This document shows, piece after piece, positions 8,078-14,531 of a DNA stretch of 46,194 nucleotides. The notes under the pieces were generated by a model. It did no database searches. It had not been told where the DNA came from and worked only from the letters and a program-made list of their open reading frames with translations. The position numbers were made by a program, and so were the translations under genes. Origin of the DNA: Clostridia bacterium (GTDB taxonomy: Bacteria; Bacillota; Clostridia; RUG12999); assembly GCA_045644605.1 (NCBI GenBank), contig JAZRHB010000056.1:1-46194 (forward strand). Reading direction: 5' to 3'. Within the stretch, counting starts at the first letter, position 1. Every line of letters begins with the position of its first letter.

Positions 8078-8335
8078 GGAGGAATAAAACAGGAAAAAAC
8101 AGGATTTGCACTTCTTCACGTTAAAACCACATTCCCGGAACACCGGGGAAATATTGGTATAATTGAAGAGCACACAGAGATTCCTGCAGGACATACAGTT
8201 TCTGTTAAAGGGGAATACAAAAATGCAGTTCTTCTTCCGTCAGAAACTCCGGTAGAGTTTAAAGCAGAAAACGGACGCACAACAGTAACACTTCCGCAGA
8301 TTAACGGATACTCAATGTTTAAACTTGATAAATAA
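8078..8335 (+). pseudogene. Start-less 85-codon ORF, possibly the C-terminal beta-sandwich remnant of a glycoside hydrolase
   Basis: Open frame from the TGA at 8075 to the TAA at 8333-8335 with no in-frame ATG/GTG/TTG until 6 codons before the stop. Translation ends ...VSVKGEYKNAVLLPSETPVEFKAENGRTTVTLPQINGYSMFKLDK, which resembles GH C-terminal domains by eye only. Confidence 0.4.
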
Positions 8336-8395
8336 GAACCCCGCCCGTTAGCGCAATCAAAGATTGCAGTTGGGTCTCGGGAACCTTGTTATGTT
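8336..8395 (+). repeat. Copy A of a ~60-nt repeated 3'-UTR element
   Basis: GAACCCCGCCCGTTAGCGCAATCAAAGATTGCAGTTGGGTCTCGGGAACCTTGTTATGTT. 28 of the first 32 nt are identical to 45893-45924. Shares the GCAATC-AAA-GATTGC hairpin and the GGAACCTTG box. Sits between a TAA stop and the terminator. Confidence 0.6.
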
Positions 8396-8404
8396 TATAA
8401 AAAA

Positions 8405-8429
8405 ATCGGGCTTTTAGCCCGATTTTTTT
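8405..8429. terminator. Bidirectional rho-independent terminator
   Basis: ATCGGGC/GCCCGAT stem with a 5-nt loop, A-run upstream and T-run downstream. Serves the plus-strand ORF and the minus-strand cotF-like gene ending at 8428. Confidence 0.8.
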
Positions 8430-8691
8430 ACGATAATTTATTCTCAAACTTTGTTCTCGCCTGTGATATTTTATTATCCTCCGCCTGCACAACGGAATAC
8501 CATCCGCGGTTTGTGAGTTCATTGAAAATATAAGTCTGCAGGGCGTGATTATCCTTTAAAATATCAAGAAATGTCTTTTTGAGATTTGCATTTACACATT
8601 CGCTTGCAAATGTGTTATAAAGTCCCGAAATATTCTTTTCCGATGTGAGTGCATCGGTTAAAAAATACTGTTCATCCATTTTTAAGTTCAT
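8428..8691 (-). CDS. Spore coat protein, CotF (Coat_F) family
   Basis: 87 aa. LTDALTSEKNISGLYNTFASEC...NELTNRGWY fits the Coat_F pattern. SD AGGAGG upstream. Confidence 0.75.
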   Translation of the reverse strand: MNLKMDEQYFLTDALTSEKNISGLYNTFASECVNANLKKTFLDILKDNHALQTYIFNELTNRGWYSVVQAEDNKISQARTKFENKLS

Positions 8692-8700
8692 ATATACCTC

Positions 8701-8883
8701 CTATTGCAACTGTGAAAGCAGGCAGGAATAAACCTGCGAATGTTTTGATACAAGAAAATCAAACTTTTCTTTGATTGCGCTGTCGCTGCATAAAGAGGCG
8801 TAGCTCTGATATTTTTTGATTATAATATCTTCCTGAGTCAGAAGGTCTTCAAGACCTGTCAGCTCTTTTGATGTAAGTGCCAT
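8701..8883 (-). CDS. Small Coat_F-like spore coat protein partner
   Basis: 60 aa, SD AAGGAGG 7 nt upstream. Helical LTGLEDLLTQEDIIIKKYQSYASLC motif resembles the first half of Coat_F. Lies 9 nt upstream of the cotF-like gene. Confidence 0.6.
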   Translation of the reverse strand: MALTSKELTGLEDLLTQEDIIIKKYQSYASLCSDSAIKEKFDFLVSKHSQVYSCLLSQLQ

Positions 8884-8918
8884 ACTAATTCCTCCTTGAT
8901 TTCGGTGGAATTAGTATG
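8881..8918 (-). promoter_or_regulatory. Perfect 12-bp inverted repeat bracketing the SD and start codon
   Basis: CATACTAATTCC (8881-8892) and GGAATTAGTATG (8907-8918) are exact reverse complements with a 14-nt loop. On the mRNA the 3' arm ends in the AUG and the loop holds most of AAGGAGG. Confidence 0.5.
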
Positions 8919-9210
8919 GCACAAAAATTACTTTTTATTCAGAAAGTTGGCGGATAATATAATCTCAGTTCACAATTTTTTCCATTAAATTATTTCTGCT
9001 GTAATAATGGTTTGCAGCTTTATCTTCTGCGTTTCTTGCACGAACAAATTTTATCTGGTTATACGAGGATTTGAACAGAGAATATCCTGCATAAGCGTCG
9101 GGAAATGCGAAAGCTTAAGCGATGCCGAATCATCAAGAGGCGGCAGTGGAAATTTTGTTTTAACGCCTTTTATAATGTGATTACATCTCATTTGGAATAA
9201 TGATAAGTTA

Positions 9211-9239
9211 ATTGTATAGTATGAGTATTATAATGTCAA
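9211..9239 (-). promoter_or_regulatory. Orphan sigma-A-like promoter (TTGACA-17-TACAAT) on the minus strand
   Basis: Reverse complement reads TTGACA (9239-9234), 17-nt spacer, TACAAT (9216-9211). No convincing CDS lies within about 300 nt downstream. Confidence 0.3.
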
Positions 9240-9295
9240 TGAAATCCGATAAAAATGTCCGATTTACACCGTAAATTCTTTTTTGACTGTATTAT

Positions 9296-9327
9296 ATAAA
9301 AGAACTCCCTTTGCAGTGCAAAGGGAG
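9296..9327 (-). terminator. Terminator of the AraC-family gene
   Basis: CTCCCTTTG/CAAAGGGAG stem (9305-9313/9319-9327). On the minus strand it is followed by TTCTTTT. Confidence 0.65.
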
Positions 9328-9333
9328 GTTTTG

Positions 9334-10236
9334 TTATTGTGCGTTTTCACGATATTGTGCAGGGGTTGTGCCTGTCTGCTTTTTGAATACAGTATAGAAA
9401 AACTTAATGTCGTTAAAACCGCAGTCGGCGGCAATATCACTTATTGTTCTGTCTGTTGAAACAAGCATTTTACACGCTTCTTCAATACGCATTTTCTGTA
9501 AAAATGCCGATACGGGCATATTGGTTACGTTTTTGAAAAGCTTGCTGAAATAGTCTTTACTTAAAAATATTCTTCCGGCAAGCTCTTCTGCGGTAATCTG
9601 CATTTTGAAATTCTCGCGCAGATAGGAGAGTGCACTGTCAATAAGTGCCTGCTGACGTGCGGAAATTTTGGGTTTTTCGCCTTTTTCCATTTTGCGGAAC
9701 ATTTTTATTATAAGCTCGATTGTGTATGAACGGATAAGTTCAATATGCCCTTTTTCGCAGGCGGTATATTCGTTATATATTTTATCAAAAATACTGCCGA
9801 ATTCGGCATAGCTTCTTTCGGATAAACGAAGGTCCGGACCAAGCGGTTTATTTCCGGGGAATAGCGAATAAAACAAAAACGATGACGAAAGCGTTTCAAA
9901 ATCACCGCCGCCGATTGCCGATGCGCTGAAAAAATCAGGTGTAAACATCAGGTCATAGGCATCAAAAGGCTCGCTGTCATCATCTGCACAAAAGGCGTGC
10001 GGCGTATCAAAATTGATGACAATAAGGTCGCCTTTTTTTACGCCGTAGCTTTTATTTCCTACGTGATGGGTTGCTCTGCCCGAAATAACATATACAATTT
10101 CAATAAATTTGTGGCTGTGCATTACTCCTACAAATTCCGGACACTGTGTGCATTTATGAATAAAAACATCTTCGTCCGGACGGAAAAAATCTGCCGATGT
10201 AAGAGCAGGGCATACCTGATTTGATAAATGTTCCAT
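9334..10236 (-). CDS. AraC family transcriptional regulator (cupin sensor plus HTH)
   Basis: 300 aa. N-terminal cupin (HSHKFIEIVYVISGRATHHV), C-terminal double HTH (ISDIAADCGFNDIKFFYTVFKKQTGTTPAQYR). Confidence 0.9.
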   Translation of the reverse strand: MEHLSNQVCPALTSADFFRPDEDVFIHKCTQCPEFVGVMHSHKFIEIVYVISGRATHHVGNKSYGVKKGDLIVINFDTPHAFCADDDSEPFDAYDLMFTPDFFSASAIGGGDFETLSSSFLFYSLFPGNKPLGPDLRLSERSYAEFGSIFDKIYNEYTACEKGHIELIRSYTIELIIKMFRKMEKGEKPKISARQQALIDSALSYLRENFKMQITAEELAGRIFLSKDYFSKLFKNVTNMPVSAFLQKMRIEEACKMLVSTDRTISDIAADCGFNDIKFFYTVFKKQTGTTPAQYRENAQ

Positions 10237-10349
10237 AATTATCTACCTCTGGTCATAATTATAGCATAAGGAAATTAGTTTTTCAATAGAATAAATCAAA
10301 TTGGTACGAATATATATTACTAAAAAGAAAAATGAAAGAGGGACAAAAA

Positions 10350-10628
10350 ATGGCAGAAAAAAACGGGATAAACAATATAATTCTTGAAAGCAGAAGAAAG
10401 CTTTCCGTACTTGGCGTGGAAGACCTTGACAGCTTTGATGAGCGAGGTGCTGTCGTTTATACGAATATGGGAATTCTGGAGGTTAAGGGAGCGGATATTC
10501 ACTTAAATAAGCTTGACCTTGAAGCTAAAGAGGTTATACTTGAAGGAGAATTTGATTCTGTGGCATATGTTGATGAAAATGCATCAAAGAAAAAAGGATT
10601 TTTTTCAAAACTGATGGGGAATGAATAA
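10350..10628 (+). CDS. yabP: Sporulation protein YabP
   Basis: MAEKNGINNIILESRRKLSVLGVEDLDSFDE... is the typical YabP fold. Followed by yabQ with an ATAATG overlap. ATG at 10350 has SD AGAGGGA. Confidence 0.88.
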   Translation: MAEKNGINNIILESRRKLSVLGVEDLDSFDERGAVVYTNMGILEVKGADIHLNKLDLEAKEVILEGEFDSVAYVDENASKKKGFFSKLMGNE

Positions 10629-11125
10629 TGCCGGTAGATGTAAATGCCCAGACAATTCAGTTTTTTGCCTGTGTAGTTTCGGGTGGGACAATAGGTGTTT
10701 TATATAACTTATTTGCTGCAATCCGCCGCGGTTTTTCTTTCGGGCGGATTGCCACTTTTTTTGCGGATGGTTTTTTCTGGATTGCCGGAACGGTGGTTTT
10801 CTTTTGCATTTTACATATTTCGTGTAATGGAGAAATTGAGTGGTATGGACTTCTTGGAGTAATTCTTGGGCTTGTACTTTATCTTTCGACGCTAAGCAGG
10901 GTTATATATCCTGGTTTGCTTAAACTTGTAAAACTGATAAAAAAACTTTTGATTACCTGTATTAAGATTTTTGTAGTGCCTTTTTACAGAATATTTAAAG
11001 TATTTAGAAGGCTTTTGAAACCCGTAAAAAAACTTGCACAAAATACACGAAAAAAAGTTCTTAATTTTGGTAAAAATAACGTTGAAAAAATAAAGAGACT
11101 TAGTATATTATTAAAGAAGATATAA
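10628..11125 (+). CDS. yabQ: Spore cortex biosynthesis protein YabQ
   Basis: 165-aa multi-TM protein with a basic tail. Start overlaps the yabP stop. Conserved yabP-yabQ-divIC-yabR order. Confidence 0.8.
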   Translation: MPVDVNAQTIQFFACVVSGGTIGVLYNLFAAIRRGFSFGRIATFFADGFFWIAGTVVFFCILHISCNGEIEWYGLLGVILGLVLYLSTLSRVIYPGLLKLVKLIKKLLITCIKIFVVPFYRIFKVFRRLLKPVKKLAQNTRKKVLNFGKNNVEKIKRLSILLKKI

Positions 11126-11150
11126 TTAATATTAAAATGGAGTATTATTT

Positions 11151-11438
11151 ATGAAAATTCTTAATATTTTAAGCAACAAGTTCGTGCTTATTGTACTGAG
11201 TTTCGCATTTTTAATATATTTCACTGTGACGATGGTAGGTCAGAGTAAAACCATTGATGCCAATAAGGCGGTGCTTGACCATTATAATGAAAGCCTTGCC
11301 CAGCAGCAACAGGTCGAACAGGAGATTAACGAACAGGAAAGTCTTGTAGGGACAGACGAATATGTTGAATCAATTGCGCGTGATACCTTAGGGCTTTGTA
11401 AAACTAACGAAAAAATTTTTGTAGATACTAAAGAATAG
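11151..11438 (+). CDS. divIC: Septum formation initiator (DivIC/FtsB family)
   Basis: 95 aa with one N-terminal TM helix and a coiled-coil region (QQQQVEQEINEQE). Position matches B. subtilis divIC. Confidence 0.75.
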   Translation: MKILNILSNKFVLIVLSFAFLIYFTVTMVGQSKTIDANKAVLDHYNESLAQQQQVEQEINEQESLVGTDEYVESIARDTLGLCKTNEKIFVDTKE

Positions 11439-11463
11439 TACTTGAAGGAGGAGCATTTGGGGT

Positions 11464-11865
11464 ATGCCGCTTAAGCAGGGAGAAACTTTGGAAGGCAAAG
11501 TTAAAAGAATTGCACCGTTTGGTGCATTTGTAGAGGTTAACGGGGAAACGGGACTTGTACATATTTCGGAAATTTCCATTGACTATGTTCAGGACATTAA
11601 CGATTACGTTAAAGTAGGGGATACCGTAAGGGTTAAGGTTATGTCTCTTGAAGAAAAGGGTAAAATAAACCTTTCCATAAAAAAAGTTCTTGAAGAAGAA
11701 AGAAAAAAATCCTGCAGACCGGCAGAGGTTGACTGGTCGGCAAATTCCAATAAAACAAATATGTCTTTTGAAGATATGCTTTCAAAATTTAAACAGGAAA
11801 GCGACAAAAAAATCAGCAGCCTTAAACTGACAAAAGAACCAAGAAAAAGACGCAATGTTCAATAA
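11464..11865 (+). CDS. yabR: S1 domain RNA-binding protein YabR
   Basis: GETLEGKVKRIAPFGAFVEV...GLVHISEIS is an S1 OB fold, followed by a basic tail. Synteny after divIC. Confidence 0.85.
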   Translation: MPLKQGETLEGKVKRIAPFGAFVEVNGETGLVHISEISIDYVQDINDYVKVGDTVRVKVMSLEEKGKINLSIKKVLEEERKKSCRPAEVDWSANSNKTNMSFEDMLSKFKQESDKKISSLKLTKEPRKRRNVQ

Positions 11866-11877
11866 AGTATAGATAAT

Positions 11878-11905
11878 AGACCACTTATTTTGAGTGGTCT
11901 TTTTC
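11878..11905 (+). terminator. Rho-independent terminator
   Basis: AGACCACT/AGTGGTCT stem with a 7-nt loop, then a T-run. Confidence 0.8.
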
Positions 11906-11959
11906 TTTTTGCCTGTAAATATAATGTAATGATATTTATAAGCAAAGGAGAGATGAGAT

Positions 11960-14467
11960 GTGTGGCATAATATGTCCGTAAACGATGTTATAAAAAAACT
12001 TTTATCCGGTGCCGATACGGGACTTACCGGAAAAGAAGCGGAAGAGCGTCTTTTGAAATACGGGAAAAATGTTCTTGAAAGCTCGCGGAGGGTCAGCGTT
12101 TTTAAACGGTTTTTACTGCAGCTTTGCGATTATATGGTGATAATTCTTATAATTGCGGCAATGGTTTCACTTGCGCTTTCGATAATTTCAGGCGAAGCCG
12201 ATTTTTTTGAACCGGCAATGATTCTTCTGATAGTAGTTTTAAACGCAACCATAGGTGTTGTTCAGGAAAGCAAATCCGAACACGCCCTTGAAGCGCTTAA
12301 AAAGTTATCGGCACCTGTGGTAAAGGTGCTTAGAAATGGCGAGCATCAGACAATAGAAAGCTGTCGCGTTGTTCCGGGGGATATAGTTTTTCTTGAATCG
12401 GGCGACTTTGTTCCTGCGGATGCAAGAATTATTTCAGCAAGCGGACTTAAAACCGACGAATCTTCCCTTACGGGAGAATCAATGGATGTGGAAAAATCAG
12501 AAGCTGTAATATATGATAAAAACCCTGCGATTGGCGATATGCGGAATATGGTTTTTGCAAATACTGTTGTAACCGGCGGAAGAGGTATGGCGGTTGTTAC
12601 GGAAACGGGTATGAAAACAGAAACCGGCAAGATTGCAGGTATGCTTATTGAAGGAGAAACGCCCGCAACTCCGCTTCAGCAGCGTCTTGCAAAAACAGGA
12701 AAAACTCTTGGTATAGGCGCGCTTATAATATGCGGAATTATTTTTTTAATGGGGATTTTAAAACAGATTCCTCCCTTTGATATGTTTATGACTTCGGTAA
12801 GTCTTGCCGTTGCGGCAATTCCCGAGGGACTTCCGGCAATAGTAACCGTAATGCTTTCGCTTGGTGTACAGAAAATGGCAAAGAAAAATGCCATTATCCG
12901 CAAGCTGCCGGCGGTTGAAACACTCGGCAGTGCAAGTGTAATATGCAGCGATAAAACAGGAACACTTACACAGAACAAAATGACGGTTACGGAAATTTAC
13001 GGCGACAGAAAAAAGACGGCAGAGCTTTGCGCACTTTGCAATAACAGTTCGGGACCTACAGAAACGGCGCTTCTTAAATCGGCGGTGGAATACGGACTTA
13101 ATAAAGAGGGGCTTGACACGGCGTTTCCGAGAATTACGGAAATTCCGTTTTCTTCTGAAAGAAAGCTTATGACTACCGTACATAAAATCGGCGGCGGATA
13201 CAGAGTTATTACAAAAGGTGCGCCGTTTGCGGTGCTTGAGGCGTGCAGTATTTCGGAATCAGAAAAAGAAGAAGTTATGGAAGCTGCAGAGAAAATGGCA
13301 AAAAAAGCACTGCGGGTGATTGCATGTGCATATGGAGATTTTACGGATATACCGAAAAATCCGGAACAAAACCTTACATTTACAGGACTTTGCGGAATGA
13401 TTGACCCGCTTCGTCCCGATGCCGCCGAAGCGGTAAAATTATGCAGACGGGCGGGAATTAAGGTGGTTATGATAACCGGTGACCATGAACAGACGGCTGT
13501 TGCAATAGCGAAAGAAGCGGGTATTTTTAAGAGTGGAGATTTGTCGGTTACGGGGAAAATATTAAACGGGATGTCCGACGACGAGCTTGCACGGAATATA
13601 CAGAAATACAGCGTTTTTGCAAGGGTAACTCCGGAACATAAGGTGCGTATCGTAAAAGCGTTTCAGGCAAAAGGCGAGGTTGTTGCAATGACGGGCGATG
13701 GCGTAAACGATGCGCCTGCGCTTAAAAGTGCGGATATCGGTTGCGCTATGGGAAAAACGGGAACAGATGTTGCGCGCGGCGCGGCTGATATGGTGCTGAC
13801 GGACGATAATTTCAGTACCATTGTGGAAGCGGTACGGGAAGGCAGAGGCATTTATTCCAACATAAAACGTGCGGCGCATTTTCTTCTTTCAAGTAATGTG
13901 GGCGAGATAATAACCATATTCGTTGCAATGCTTTTCGGGTGGGAAACGCCGCTTATTGCAGTGCAGCTTTTGTGGATTAATCTTGTAACAGACTCACTTC
14001 CTGCAATTTCGCTTGCGGTTGAAAATCCGGATAAGAGAATAATGGAAAATAAACCCATAAACAGACGAAAAAGCTTGTTTGCAGATGGTGCGGGATTCAG
14101 TATTTGTGTGGAAGGTATAATGATAGGCGGACTTGCGCTTTTTGCATTTTTTGTGGGTACAAGGATAATGGGAAGTCTTGAAACCGGCAGAACAATGGCG
14201 TTTGCAACGCTGGGACTGTCACAGCTTGTGCATGCATTCAATGAACGAAGTGACAGGTCGGTTTTTGAAATCGGACTTTTCAGTAACAAATACATGGTGG
14301 GGTCGTTTGTTGTATGCGCTCTTATGCAGGTGCTTGTTATTGCAATAGCGCCTTTAGCCGATATATTCGGGGTGGTTCCGCTTAATAGACTGCAGTGGTT
14401 TATGGTATCGGGACTTGCACTTATTCCGCTTATAACAATTGAAATTGAAAAAGCGCTTAAAAAATAA
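11960..14467 (+). CDS. P-type Ca2+-transporting ATPase (type IIA, YloB/SERCA-like)
   Basis: LTGES actuator motif, CSDKTGTLT phosphorylation site, TGDGVNDAPAL hinge, and about 10 TM segments. The start could be the GTG at 11960 or the ATG at 11972. Confidence 0.92.
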   Translation: MWHNMSVNDVIKKLLSGADTGLTGKEAEERLLKYGKNVLESSRRVSVFKRFLLQLCDYMVIILIIAAMVSLALSIISGEADFFEPAMILLIVVLNATIGVVQESKSEHALEALKKLSAPVVKVLRNGEHQTIESCRVVPGDIVFLESGDFVPADARIISASGLKTDESSLTGESMDVEKSEAVIYDKNPAIGDMRNMVFANTVVTGGRGMAVVTETGMKTETGKIAGMLIEGETPATPLQQRLAKTGKTLGIGALIICGIIFLMGILKQIPPFDMFMTSVSLAVAAIPEGLPAIVTVMLSLGVQKMAKKNAIIRKLPAVETLGSASVICSDKTGTLTQNKMTVTEIYGDRKKTAELCALCNNSSGPTETALLKSAVEYGLNKEGLDTAFPRITEIPFSSERKLMTTVHKIGGGYRVITKGAPFAVLEACSISESEKEEVMEAAEKMAKKALRVIACAYGDFTDIPKNPEQNLTFTGLCGMIDPLRPDAAEAVKLCRRAGIKVVMITGDHEQTAVAIAKEAGIFKSGDLSVTGKILNGMSDDELARNIQKYSVFARVTPEHKVRIVKAFQAKGEVVAMTGDGVNDAPALKSADIGCAMGKTGTDVARGAADMVLTDDNFSTIVEAVREGRGIYSNIKRAAHFLLSSNVGEIITIFVAMLFGWETPLIAVQLLWINLVTDSLPAISLAVENPDKRIMENKPINRRKSLFADGAGFSICVEGIMIGGLALFAFFVGTRIMGSLETGRTMAFATLGLSQLVHAFNERSDRSVFEIGLFSNKYMVGSFVVCALMQVLVIAIAPLADIFGVVPLNRLQWFMVSGLALIPLITIEIEKALKK

Positions 14468-14473
14468 CCGTTA

Positions 14474-14502
14474 TTGACTTTTTCTAGTGAATGGGGTATA
14501 CT
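14474..14502 (+). promoter_or_regulatory. Sigma-A-like promoter (TTGACT-17-TATACT)
   Basis: TTGACT at 14474-14479, 17-nt spacer, TATACT at 14497-14502, 30 nt upstream of the Clp ATPase ATG. Confidence 0.5.
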
Positions 14503-14531
14503 ATTTTTATATCAAAACTTGGAGGAAAAGT

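Noticed and set aside
8336-8395. Considered whether the repeated element is a tRNA fragment or tRNA-like structure
   Set aside because: The central hairpin has either a 3-nt loop or a 7-nt loop without U33. No T-arm GTTCxAxxC box or acceptor pairing could be found on either strand.
8319-8522. 67-aa minus-strand ORF. The minus ORF at 45630-45989 contains a similar peptide (QSLIALTGGVLIY versus [13 protein letters not shown]).
   Set aside because: The shared peptide is only the repeated 60-nt element translated on the opposite strand. Both ORFs run through terminators and overlap real genes, and no SD is present.
9051-9191. 46-codon minus-strand ORF (MRCNHIIKGVKTKF...) downstream of the orphan promoter
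   Set aside because: It has no SD (ATTATTCCAAATG), is not recognisable, and overlaps a second open frame. It is treated as debris within the finding rather than called as a gene.
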